This document shows positions 16,945 through 26,681 of a stretch of DNA of 64,000 nt, piece after piece (position 1 is the stretch's first letter; each line of letters begins with the position of its first letter). The stretch is from IMG/VR virus record IMGVR_UViG_3300017763_000002, positions 62,001 through 126,000 of that record. One strand, written 5' to 3'. Below the pieces are notes generated by a model. That model saw nothing but the letters and a program-made list of their open reading frames with translations, was not told where the DNA came from and ran no database searches. Made by a program: the position numbers and the translations under genes.

Positions 16945-19068
16945 ATGAGTTTATCTAATGTACAAGCTCAATTGGGTAATATTTTAGCGGCAATGCCGTT
17001 GAAATTGCAAAAGGTAGACGCTGCATTTTTAGATGATTCTACCCCTCCTTTTGAGGGCGCTGTTGTGTCCGATGAGCAAGGTCAGTTTTATATTGGAGAT
17101 TTTAATAGTAACGGAGATTTATTTTGGAAACCAATTAGAGATACAATTTCAATGTCAGAAAGCTCTACTTCGGAAGCTTTTGTAACTTATAATCTTCCTG
17201 TAGGTTTTGAATCTTCTACAATATCTTTTGGAAAAACTCTTACTGGGGACTTGGTTTCTGTTTTTGTACAAATAGAAACTCCTGTTGCAGCTAATATTTT
17301 ATTTTACGCGACAACAATAGCTAACATACAAAAAGATAAGTTTGATTTATTTATCAGTGACACGATAAGAACCACTGGTTTTAAATTACATGTATTTGCT
17401 AGAGCTTATGCTAATCCAGATTCTGATGGAGATGGAGTGCTTGATAATGAAGACGCTTTCCCTTATGATGCAAGCGAAACAATAGATACTGACTCAGATG
17501 GTATTGGAGATAATGCAGATGCGTTTCCTGATGACCCAACAGAAAGTCTTGATACTGATGGAGATGGAGTTGGAGATAATACGGATCCAGATGTAGATGG
17601 AGATGGAATACCTAACGAAAGCGATGCTGATTATTCAGTAACTCTATCTTCTACTTTTAGTGGAGTTTCTTTTGTTACTGAAGCTGTTGGGTCGGGCACA
17701 AATCTATTACAAGTAAATGACGTTTCTGGATTATCTCTTGGAGACACAATTATAATAGATGAAGGCACTGCTCAAGAAGAAGAAGCTGTTATCGCTGGAT
17801 TTGGATCTTTGGTATTATCTTCTCCATTAAACCAACCGCATAATATTGGCGCTACTATTAGGAAGAAAGATACTTTATCTTTAATATCTTTGCCAAGCGG
17901 TGTGATTTATAATTCAGATGGATCTAATATTATAAGTATATCTGTAGATGGAATAATATTTAATGCTGCCGACGGAGTCTATAGTAATTCTACTTATGCA
18001 CCTCATGACTTTAATGGAAATAGTGTGCCTTCGTCTTCTTTGATTCAAGGCTTTGATACTTCGTATCGAACTCCTGGGGGTTCGGTTTTAAATTTAACAT
18101 TCACAAGAATTAATGGTTATCTAGAAGTCCAATCTATGTCAGTAGGATGGTCTGATGTTGATGGTGATGGATATGGAGAGCATGCGGACGCTTTTCCTAA
18201 TGACGCAACAGAAAATGTTGATACTGACGGAGATGGAGTAGGTGATAATTCTGACGCTTTTCCGAATAATCCGTCTGAAAGTTCTGATTCTGATAGCGAC
18301 GGCGTCGGGGATAATGCCGATGATGCGCCTAATGATCCAGGGATACAAACTGACTCAGACGGAGATGGAATAGATGATTCTGTTGATCCTAGTTTTGTTG
18401 ATAGTGACGCTGATGGAGTTGTTGATGAACTGGATGACGCTCCTAATGATCCAGGGATACAAACTGACTCAGACGGAGATGGAATAGATGATTCTGTGGA
18501 TCCTAGTTTTGTGGACAGTGATGGTGATGGTGTTGTTGATGAATTAGATGCATTCCCTAATGACCCAGACGAAGACACAGACACAGACTCAGATGGCGTT
18601 GGCGATAATGCAGATGCGTTTCCTAATGACCCAGACGAAGATACAGACACAGACTCCGATGGCGTTGGAGATAATGCAGATGCGTTTCCTAATGACCCAG
18701 ACGAAGACACAGACACAGACTCAGATGGTGTTGGAGATAATGCTGATGACTTCCCTCAAGATGCATTAAGATCTTGGTCTGAAGTTGAATTCTCAGCGTT
18801 AGGTTCAGAAATATTATTATCTGCAAACGATTTATCTGCTTCTGTGGGTAGTGTTGGCGCAGAACTTTTATTATCTTCTTCTGTAGATGAATTAATGTTA
18901 TTTGGTTTTGATACTCAAGTTGGAGTTGAAAATGTAGGTCCTGATCCAGATGAATTTAATATTAGTTCAATAATTTCTCAAATTGATATTGGGGATATTT
19001 CTAGCGCAAGTAGTGACAGCACTACAATATCAAGCTTAAGTATCCAGATTGTTTTGGAGGAAGTGTAA
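16945..19068 (+). CDS. Putative virion protein with thrombospondin type-3-like Ca-binding repeats
   Basis: Many DxDxDGVGDNADAFPxDP repeats; very acidic. Confidence 0.75.
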   Translation: MSLSNVQAQLGNILAAMPLKLQKVDAAFLDDSTPPFEGAVVSDEQGQFYIGDFNSNGDLFWKPIRDTISMSESSTSEAFVTYNLPVGFESSTISFGKTLTGDLVSVFVQIETPVAANILFYATTIANIQKDKFDLFISDTIRTTGFKLHVFARAYANPDSDGDGVLDNEDAFPYDASETIDTDSDGIGDNADAFPDDPTESLDTDGDGVGDNTDPDVDGDGIPNESDADYSVTLSSTFSGVSFVTEAVGSGTNLLQVNDVSGLSLGDTIIIDEGTAQEEEAVIAGFGSLVLSSPLNQPHNIGATIRKKDTLSLISLPSGVIYNSDGSNIISISVDGIIFNAADGVYSNSTYAPHDFNGNSVPSSSLIQGFDTSYRTPGGSVLNLTFTRINGYLEVQSMSVGWSDVDGDGYGEHADAFPNDATENVDTDGDGVGDNSDAFPNNPSESSDSDSDGVGDNADDAPNDPGIQTDSDGDGIDDSVDPSFVDSDADGVVDELDDAPNDPGIQTDSDGDGIDDSVDPSFVDSDGDGVVDELDAFPNDPDEDTDTDSDGVGDNADAFPNDPDEDTDTDSDGVGDNADAFPNDPDEDTDTDSDGVGDNADDFPQDALRSWSEVEFSALGSEILLSANDLSASVGSVGAELLLSSSVDELMLFGFDTQVGVENVGPDPDEFNISSIISQIDIGDISSASSDSTTISSLSIQIVLEEV
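18320..18750 (+). repeat. Coding tandem repeats (2 x 114 bp, then 3 x 66 bp)
   Basis: cctaatgatccaggg at 18328 and 18442; cctaatgacccagacgaaga at 18556, 18622 and 18688. Confidence 0.9.
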
Positions 19069-19074
19069 AAAAAG

Positions 19075-19082
19075 GTGTAATA
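19075..19082 (+). promoter_or_regulatory. GTGTA motif (candidate late promoter)
   Basis: GTGTAATA starting 14 nt before the ATG at 19089; a second GTGTAAAA lies at 19063. Confidence 0.6.
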
Positions 19083-19088
19083 AAAAAT

Positions 19089-20378
19089 ATGGCAAGAAAA
19101 TTAAGAATTGGTTTTGATGGAGGTTTAGATGTTTACCCTAATCCTTATACTGATAGTTCCTTTTATGCCTGTGATGGTAGAAATGATCATTTTGACGCGA
19201 ATGGTGTTAGATATAATAATTACCACATCATGGGAAGATATCCTGTGAATACTTACACTAGACCAGGATGGTATTCTGGATCTAGGCATGCCTGGTATTA
19301 TGTTAACACATCAACCAATGGTGGCACTGTAAATTATGCAGGAGCAGGTAAGTGCGCTACTTGGTATAATGGTCAGAATTGTATACCCCGCTGGAATGTC
19401 AATGCTTTTGATCAAGGGTTTTTTGCTAGATACGATCAACGCACTGTAGGAGTTTATACTGATGAAAACGACGTTTCACCAAGCGGTGGGCTTGTTCTGT
19501 TTGTCGCTGGCGACGCAAGCGGAAATGTGGTTATCGCCTATATTGCAGCAGATTTAGAAGGAGGAGGCGACGTATTAAAAACTACTCCTGGATTTCAAAA
19601 TAAGAAAATTTTTATTGCGACTAGAAAAAGTGGAGAATTTAATCCCGATAGTACATCTGATAACATCTTGGAATCAGAGATCGTTGCCTCAAGCCCTAAT
19701 TTAAATATTCTTAAGAACGAATGGGCGGATGTAAAATTATCTATAAATAATTCTGGAGAAATTTATATTTCTTATCACGGCGTAGAAGTAGAATATGATT
19801 TGAAGCAGGAAGATTGGGTTACTGATGGATCTTTTAGTTCTTGGGATTGGTTGATGGCCCTAGGATCAAGTAGGCAGAATGATTATATTGATAATTTATC
19901 TATAAATGACGGATCTGGATCGAGTGATAATGGAATTCCAAACCGATCAAAAATGTATATTCTTAGCGATTCAATGTCTTACGAAGCAGGTCAGTCTTCT
20001 TTGGTTAGCGATAATGGTTTTGGTGCAATAGGAACAATTTTATCCGACGGACAAGACGACACTTATGTTACTGTCTCAAAGGGCGGTAGTATTGTGATGA
20101 AATTAAATAACTTGAATTTTTTACCAGCTGAAGGGCATGGGTTTTCTAATGCAAAAATAACAGGAATTGCTACTAAATTCTCTGGATTAAGAGCTGTAAA
20201 CTCGGGGCAAAAAATAAATTTAAAAATAAATAATATTTATTCTGGGACGGAAACTTCAGAAGTTAAATACCTTTCCCTTACTCAGGGGTACGAAATAATG
20301 CAGGATTATGTTTTTCCGCAAAATATAACAGACACATCTTCAGCTGTATTTGAATTAAAACTGGAGTACGAGTCTTAA
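19089..20378 (+). CDS. Putative virion protein (beta-sandwich/lectin-like), paralogue of the next gene's N-half
   Basis: Aromatic/Gly/Asn-rich; shares the MAxK.R.GF start and S(I/V)NDGSGS.DNG motif with 20380..24435. Confidence 0.6.
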   Translation: MARKLRIGFDGGLDVYPNPYTDSSFYACDGRNDHFDANGVRYNNYHIMGRYPVNTYTRPGWYSGSRHAWYYVNTSTNGGTVNYAGAGKCATWYNGQNCIPRWNVNAFDQGFFARYDQRTVGVYTDENDVSPSGGLVLFVAGDASGNVVIAYIAADLEGGGDVLKTTPGFQNKKIFIATRKSGEFNPDSTSDNILESEIVASSPNLNILKNEWADVKLSINNSGEIYISYHGVEVEYDLKQEDWVTDGSFSSWDWLMALGSSRQNDYIDNLSINDGSGSSDNGIPNRSKMYILSDSMSYEAGQSSLVSDNGFGAIGTILSDGQDDTYVTVSKGGSIVMKLNNLNFLPAEGHGFSNAKITGIATKFSGLRAVNSGQKINLKINNIYSGTETSEVKYLSLTQGYEIMQDYVFPQNITDTSSAVFELKLEYES

Positions 20379-20379
20379 A

Positions 20380-23300
20380 ATGGCTAAGAAGTGCAGGTTT
20401 GGTTTTTTTATAAATCCAGAAAATGGCTACCCTCGTATGACTGACAATACGTTAATCACTAGTTATCAATTAAATAATTATTCTGGGGGTATATTAAATG
20501 GAAAATACACATCTTCTGAAATTACCGCAGTCACAACACTAGATACGCACGGAGCCTCAAATTATTTTTGGAAAGAAAATCAAGAAAGTAATTGGGTTGA
20601 GGAGGGTGACGAAAATACGAATTATTTAATTGGTGGAAATGGTGATAGTGCTGGCTATAATTGGAATCCATCAAGAATTAATCTTTTGGCGCACGCATCA
20701 GATGACGGGTTGCCTGTTGGCGCTGTTAATCCGCAGCCTCAAGTTTATCAATCTACAGGATCTTCATTTTACGGAGCTGAAGGTTCCGGCAAAAGAACAA
20801 TAATTGGAGTTGATTTAAATAAAATTTCCGATGGTTTTTATGCTAATTTTTGGATGAGTTTCGCTAGAAATACTGTAGTTGATAGAAATACATATTCAAT
20901 TAAAGACGTAGTTAAATTTAAGCTTAATGATAAGTATTATTCTGTTCACATAGACATAACTGATAATGAATTAAGGATATTAAATCATACAGATAAATTA
21001 ATTCTATCATCTTCACCTTTTCAGCCTACCGATAATACTTATAATTGGCATAATTTTGATTTGAGAATTAGTTCAACATGTAAAATTGAATGTTCTTATA
21101 AAAATGCATATGTTAGTTGTCAATTATCAAATTTATCTTTTGAGCAAATGCAGGAGTTATATACTTTTCCTGGTGCGGTTCATGCGGCTTCTCATTTAAT
21201 GAGTACAAACTGGTCTGTTAATGATGGATCTGGTAGTGAAGATAATGGGCCAGCGAAACCTTTTATTGCTGTGCCTTATCATTATCATAAAAAAATTGAC
21301 AACATGAGTAATTTTGAATTAGCAAGTTACCCTGGAGCTAAAGCGTGGGCTACGTGGGGTGGCGCTTATGAATATAGAGCTAGAAATGTCGGGGCGGAGG
21401 GTAACAAATATAGATGCCAAGTAAAGGTTAATACTGCTAATACTGAAGATTTTGAATGGTTGATTATCGATCAGGATGGTCAGGTTTTTATAACATTACA
21501 TTGCAAAAATCATCCAAATACTTATACTCGAGCAGAGATAAGAGAATTTTATAATAATACCCCTGGTAACCCTTATACCATGATACCTTATGATGATGAT
21601 AATTGGGCCTATCCAGCTGAAGCAGCTGGTATATCTACTTGGGGGTGGGGTTCATTATCGGGAGGTATAGACGCTGGAATCGATCCTGCGTTATCAATGA
21701 AAACTATTAAGTCTAAAATAGAATCCGAAACAGGAGAAATCAACTTATCTTTATCAAGTTTAGATAAAATGTATTGGGGGCATGCCGACACTTCTATAGT
21801 GATGAGTGATTTTAATAATGTTGAAGCTTTTAATGTAATTGTTAATGGTTTAAAAACTGAAGTGCTAACTTCTGCTAAAATTAATGCGGTTCTTTTTGAT
21901 GATGATTCTAATTCATCAGTATCAGAAGATTTTACTTTTGTAGGATTAAGTGATGTTAGTAATTTATTTTCTATTTATAAGCCGCAAGTAACAAAAAGCA
22001 AATTTAATTCTGGGTTGGCAAAACTTAGATTAAATCTTCATCGAGGCGATCCCTTACTTATATATGATGCTGATGGAGACGGAATAGAAGATTCTCAAGA
22101 TCCAAGCTTTATGGATGCCGATGGAGATGGTGTTGTTGATGAATTGGATGCACTTCCTAATGACCCCAATGAGTCTGTAGATTCTGACGGAGATGGAGTA
22201 GGGGATAATTCAGATTCTCAGCCAAATAACCCAGGAGTTTCTACTCCTCCTGCGCATTTTGTTTATGGAGATGATGGATCTAATGGGATTGGATATTATT
22301 ATCCTGTATATTTAACAACAAATGGTCTTGGGCCTTACCATTCTCATGTAATTAACGGACAAACCGTTTACATGGAAGACGCTAACGCAAATCACGCGCA
22401 AGCAAGTTTATCTGGAAGTTATACAATTTTACCAGGCACAACAGTTCCTGATGCAGACGGAGATGGTGTTCCTGATGATTTAGACGCGTTTCCTAACGAC
22501 GCTTCTTTAAGTGCTAAACAAAATTACTCTTTAACTTGGAACCAATCGTCTGGATCATTGAACACTTCTGCAGGAACTCATGCTTTGGTTGCAACTAACG
22601 AATCAAATAGTGAACCTATCGTTTGGAATATAACCAGTGGAAGCGGTGCCTACGTAGGCGTAGATGGTAATGGTAATCCAGCTTTAATACTAACAGGTAA
22701 TGGTAGCGTATCAGTTTCTCCAAGTATAGCGGGTACTTCAGAATACAATGAGCTAGCCGCAGGTGTTGTAGTTAAAGATTTTCACATATTAGATAATACT
22801 ACGGACACTGATGGAGATGGAGTTGCTGATTTTTATGATTCGTATCCAAATGCGTCTTCTGTTTTAGATAGTGACGGTGATGGATTAACTGATGAAGAAG
22901 AGGCCTCTATAGGCAGTGATCCTAATAATACTGATTCCGACGGAGACGGACTAGATGATTACGAAGAAGAAATGGGTTGGGGAATAGATCCTAATAACCC
23001 AGATACAGACGGTGATGGAATTGGCGATTATGAAGAAGCTACTGGAAATACAGACCCTGGAGACGCTGATACTGATGGAGACGGCGTGCAGGACGGGGTT
23101 GACGCTTTTCCGCTCGACGATAGTGAAGACACTGATACTGACGGAGATGGTACTGGAGACAATGCTGATGGCGCCCCAAATGATCCATCTAGCACTACTG
23201 CTGCAGTATTTGACGAATCATCTATAACTAGCCCAGATTTTGCCGCACTAACTGGGTCCAGAGCGGGCTGGGATTACGAAATTGTAGACCAAGCAGGCGC

Positions 23301-24435
23301 TACCCTTACATGGGACGCTGTTCCTGGCGCAACCGAATACAGTGTCACCTTAAACAGGTACAGTTACAGTGACCAAGCTGGAAATTCTACTATGATAGAT
23401 TCAGTTGTATACGATAAGGATAATGGTTATGTTTCCTACGGAGACTCTAATAACTCTACATATAGTTTTACATTACCTACGGAAACAGAAAGCACTGGCT
23501 ACATCATTAGGGTTAACCCTATAGGAAGTTCTTTTGCGCAAGTTAGGCTAGATGTTGTTTTTGTATTGTCTGCGCCTGTATCTGCAACACCCGCGCAATA
23601 TCAACAAGCAGAATCTTTGCTTCAGGGTAATCAAACAGAACCTTTAATTGTGGCTTTAGAGATAGTTCAATCTGAAAACTTTTTCGGCTCTCCAACAAAT
23701 GGTGTTCAAGCTAAGTTGCTTGATACTAGAAATTTTACTGACGTTTCTTTTAAAATCAATTTCGGAGATACAGGAGGAAGTAACGCCGCGATAACTGGCT
23801 GGGTAAGTGCTGAAGGAGAGGCGTCAGCAGACGGGGATGTGAACCCTTTAAGTGGGAATACAGTAAATCAATTTACTAAGGAGGGCTCATTGTATACATT
23901 TACTCTTCCGTTGAGCGGCAATCATTCTGGGGTTAAAGGGTTCTCGGCGCGTGCTTTTGAAAATGGGGTTACAGTTGGTGATGAGACGAGTAGGAGTGAT
24001 TTTGCTCCTGAATTAAATATAGATTCAATAGGAAATTCTTGGGAAATCTCAGAATACCACCCGAATGAAGTAAGAATAACTAGTTATTATAGTCCGTATT
24101 CTTGGAATTTTGCAAGCAACACTCAAAATGCTAGTGTGTTGTATGGAACTCTTAATGGCTCTAGTGGATATGGTCACTATTATGGTAATCATTTTAATAT
24201 AGCGTTGAGTGTAGAAACCGAATTTAAATTTGTAAACCAAACAAGTACTAATTTTTATGTTTATAGACCTAATGGAAACCATTTGTTTAGCGTAGAAGCT
24301 GGAGGAGAAACACTGATAACTTTAAATCAAGTAAGAGATTATAACGGTAGCGAGAGTGATGGATACGCTTGGTCTAGAGATAGTAATATAATGAGCGGTA
24401 GTACTGGTACCGAAGGCTTTATATACGTAGGTTAA
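20380..24435 (+). CDS. Large modular putative virion protein with TSP3-like repeats
   Basis: 1351 aa; N-half paralogous to 19089..20378; clusters of DxDGDG repeats (DSDGDGLTDEEE..DPNNTD); beta-rich C-terminus. Confidence 0.7.
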   Translation: MAKKCRFGFFINPENGYPRMTDNTLITSYQLNNYSGGILNGKYTSSEITAVTTLDTHGASNYFWKENQESNWVEEGDENTNYLIGGNGDSAGYNWNPSRINLLAHASDDGLPVGAVNPQPQVYQSTGSSFYGAEGSGKRTIIGVDLNKISDGFYANFWMSFARNTVVDRNTYSIKDVVKFKLNDKYYSVHIDITDNELRILNHTDKLILSSSPFQPTDNTYNWHNFDLRISSTCKIECSYKNAYVSCQLSNLSFEQMQELYTFPGAVHAASHLMSTNWSVNDGSGSEDNGPAKPFIAVPYHYHKKIDNMSNFELASYPGAKAWATWGGAYEYRARNVGAEGNKYRCQVKVNTANTEDFEWLIIDQDGQVFITLHCKNHPNTYTRAEIREFYNNTPGNPYTMIPYDDDNWAYPAEAAGISTWGWGSLSGGIDAGIDPALSMKTIKSKIESETGEINLSLSSLDKMYWGHADTSIVMSDFNNVEAFNVIVNGLKTEVLTSAKINAVLFDDDSNSSVSEDFTFVGLSDVSNLFSIYKPQVTKSKFNSGLAKLRLNLHRGDPLLIYDADGDGIEDSQDPSFMDADGDGVVDELDALPNDPNESVDSDGDGVGDNSDSQPNNPGVSTPPAHFVYGDDGSNGIGYYYPVYLTTNGLGPYHSHVINGQTVYMEDANANHAQASLSGSYTILPGTTVPDADGDGVPDDLDAFPNDASLSAKQNYSLTWNQSSGSLNTSAGTHALVATNESNSEPIVWNITSGSGAYVGVDGNGNPALILTGNGSVSVSPSIAGTSEYNELAAGVVVKDFHILDNTTDTDGDGVADFYDSYPNASSVLDSDGDGLTDEEEASIGSDPNNTDSDGDGLDDYEEEMGWGIDPNNPDTDGDGIGDYEEATGNTDPGDADTDGDGVQDGVDAFPLDDSEDTDTDGDGTGDNADGAPNDPSSTTAAVFDESSITSPDFAALTGSRAGWDYEIVDQAGATLTWDAVPGATEYSVTLNRYSYSDQAGNSTMIDSVVYDKDNGYVSYGDSNNSTYSFTLPTETESTGYIIRVNPIGSSFAQVRLDVVFVLSAPVSATPAQYQQAESLLQGNQTEPLIVALEIVQSENFFGSPTNGVQAKLLDTRNFTDVSFKINFGDTGGSNAAITGWVSAEGEASADGDVNPLSGNTVNQFTKEGSLYTFTLPLSGNHSGVKGFSARAFENGVTVGDETSRSDFAPELNIDSIGNSWEISEYHPNEVRITSYYSPYSWNFASNTQNASVLYGTLNGSSGYGHYYGNHFNIALSVETEFKFVNQTSTNFYVYRPNGNHLFSVEAGGETLITLNQVRDYNGSESDGYAWSRDSNIMSGSTGTEGFIYVG

Positions 24436-24443
24436 TTAACCTA
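24428..24443. other. Perfect 16-bp palindrome at a zero-gap convergent gene junction
   Basis: TAGGTTAATTAACCTA; the + strand TAA (24433-35) abuts the - strand TAA (24436-38). Confidence 0.8.
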
Positions 24444-25956
24444 ATATTATTGCCCATTTTTTTGCTAACTGCGCAGCTTGAGTGTAAGTTACGCTTCCTG
24501 TGCCTATTGAATTGTCTATTTTTTGGTCCAATATTCCACTGGCGTTTTGCAAGTTAGTATTTGTACTTATAATTTGTTGTTCGAAATCTGTTCTATTAGA
24601 TTGAACATTCGCACTAACGTCATCTATCTGCTGCTCAAGGTCAGACCTAAGAATTGCATCAGCGTTTTCTAAGTCTGTTCGAAGTATACCGCTGGCAGAC
24701 TGCATGTCTGTGTTAACGTTGTCTATCTGTTGCTCAAGGTCAGACCTAAGAATTGCATCAGCGTTTTCTAAGTCTGTTCTAAGTATACCGCTAGCAGACT
24801 GCATGTCTGTGTTAACGTTATCTATCTGTTGCTCAAGGTCAGACCTAAGAATTGCATCAGCGTTTTCTAAGTCTGTTCTAAGTATACCGCTGGCAGACTG
24901 TATGTCTGTGTTAACGTTGTCTATCTGTTGCTCAAGGTCAGACCTAAGAATTGCATCAGCGTTTTCTAAGTCTGTTCGAAGTATACCGCTAGCAGACTGC
25001 ATGTATGTGTTAACGTTATCTATCTGTTGCTCAAGGTCAGACCTAAGAATTGCATCAGCGTTTTCTAAGTCTGTTCGAAGTATACCGCTAGCAGACTGCA
25101 TGTCTGTGTTAACGTTATCTATCTGTTGCTCAAGGTCAGACCTAAGAATTGCATCAGCGTTTTCTAAGTCTGTTCTTAGAGCGATCCTTGCAGATGTAGA
25201 ATCGTATTCTAAATCATCAATTTGTTCTTCTAAATCAAATCTTAAAATTCCACTAGTATTTTTTAAAGAACTTTGTAAAGTAGATATTTCATTATTTAAA
25301 TCGCTTCTTAATATCCCACTTGCAATAATTAATGAATCACTTAAGGAGTCAATTTCATCTGATAATATTCCGCTAGCATTAGTGAGTAATGAATTTAAAT
25401 AATTATCTGCGTCAATTCTTTCTTGTATTTCTATATCTATTTCGCCTTGTAAATAATTAACATCTGATATTCTATTTTGAGTTTCAGTGTCTAAATCTGT
25501 TCTTAATATACCGCTAGCTTTAAAAAGTTCAAAATGTAAATCATTAACATCATTGATTCTTTCTCGTTCTTCATTTTTTATGGCATTATCAAGATTAATT
25601 AATTCAGCATCTATTCTGTTGATTTCTGGATCTAAATCTCCAGATAACATAATTGGTATATTCTCTGCGGAAGGTCTAGTTTTAAAATAACCACTAGCAA
25701 TGACTGCACTATCAAAATCTAATGAGGACCCATGTATGTCTAATAAATGACCGCTTTCTATTATTGCCTGCTTGTAGTTTAAGTGGCTGCCAGATATATT
25801 ATCTAAATCTTTATTTAATACTACAGGCTCGCCTCCTACATTGGCTCTACCTAATAAGTCATCCAGCATTAAAGTCGGCGCAAAAGGATTATTACCTATC
25901 TGGATTACGCCGGGAGATATTTCCCTTATTAACTCTTTGTGTTTTTTAATTATCAT
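24436..25956 (-). CDS. Long coiled-coil fibre-like protein with 33-aa (3 x 11) repeats
   Basis: About 5.7 copies of SASGILRTDLENADAILRSDLEQQIDNVNTDMQ, with degenerate ASG(I/L)L units upstream. Confidence 0.75.
   Translation of the reverse strand: MIIKKHKELIREISPGVIQIGNNPFAPTLMLDDLLGRANVGGEPVVLNKDLDNISGSHLNYKQAIIESGHLLDIHGSSLDFDSAVIASGYFKTRPSAENIPIMLSGDLDPEINRIDAELINLDNAIKNEERERINDVNDLHFELFKASGILRTDLDTETQNRISDVNYLQGEIDIEIQERIDADNYLNSLLTNASGILSDEIDSLSDSLIIASGILRSDLNNEISTLQSSLKNTSGILRFDLEEQIDDLEYDSTSARIALRTDLENADAILRSDLEQQIDNVNTDMQSASGILRTDLENADAILRSDLEQQIDNVNTYMQSASGILRTDLENADAILRSDLEQQIDNVNTDIQSASGILRTDLENADAILRSDLEQQIDNVNTDMQSASGILRTDLENADAILRSDLEQQIDNVNTDMQSASGILRTDLENADAILRSDLEQQIDDVSANVQSNRTDFEQQIISTNTNLQNASGILDQKIDNSIGTGSVTYTQAAQLAKKWAIILG
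24622..25179 (-). repeat. 99-bp coding tandem repeat
   Basis: tgctcaaggtcagacctaagaattgcatcagcg starts at 24632, 24731, 24830 ... 25127 (six occurrences, period 99). Confidence 0.95.
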
Positions 25957-26681
25957 TCGGAGTTCATCTTTCCTTCAACAACATACTTGACGGTGTATCC
26001 AGAAATTGTATGATCTCTTTTGAATGATAAGATATTATCTCTTTCAATATCTGAAAAACCCATTGAAAATCCATCTTCAATAAAAACGTAATCAGGTTGA
26101 TCATCCATTCTGAATTTTAATTTATATAATGTATCGTTGATAATAAAAACGTCTGAACTTGGGTTTTCATCATGACCGTAAGCATCAAAGTAACCAAAAC
26201 TATCTCCAGAGTACTGATCTAACCTTATTGCAAATTTTTGATCTGTGTCAAAATTAAATATTCTTTCGCTGCAATGTAGTTCGTCTATATCTTCTTGTAG
26301 TATAAAGAATTGTTCTTTTTCTTTTAGAGCTGTTGTTGGATTAAATACTGTTTCACATTCATCTGGTAAAGAAAATAGTTCGTCGGTTGTTTCTAATATT
26401 AATATATCTTCGTCAATTTTTTGATTAAAGATTTTTGTTCTTTCTGATCTTGCTTGAAGACCGCTAATATTAAACTTTATTTTTTCTAAATCTTGATTGA
26501 TTTCATTAAAATTATTATTATCATTTTGTATTAAAATACTATTTTCTTCAGAGATTTTATCTAGTAAGGTTGAATTTAAATTTTCGTTTTGAGTATACAA
26601 ACTACCAAGAGAACTCATTACAGAATTTTGGTAATCTATTTGCTCTCGACTTTGACTGCTTCTGAAATTAGATATATTCAT
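25953..26681 (-). CDS. Hypothetical protein, paralogous domain to the upstream gene
   Basis: Start refined to ATG 26681 (ATGA overlap); N-terminal coiled coil; C-terminal ...KRDHTISGYTVKYVVE. Confidence 0.65.
   Translation of the reverse strand: MNISNFRSSQSREQIDYQNSVMSSLGSLYTQNENLNSTLLDKISEENSILIQNDNNNFNEINQDLEKIKFNISGLQARSERTKIFNQKIDEDILILETTDELFSLPDECETVFNPTTALKEKEQFFILQEDIDELHCSERIFNFDTDQKFAIRLDQYSGDSFGYFDAYGHDENPSSDVFIINDTLYKLKFRMDDQPDYVFIEDGFSMGFSDIERDNILSFKRDHTISGYTVKYVVEGKMNSE

Noticed and set aside
10345-25179. 54-, 66-, 99- and 114-bp tandem repeats as possible CRISPR arrays
   Set aside because: The units are contiguous, multiples of 3, in frame within CDSs and have no unique spacers.
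24704-25402. 232-aa + strand ORF with repeats
   Set aside because: Antisense shadow of the 99-bp coding repeat.
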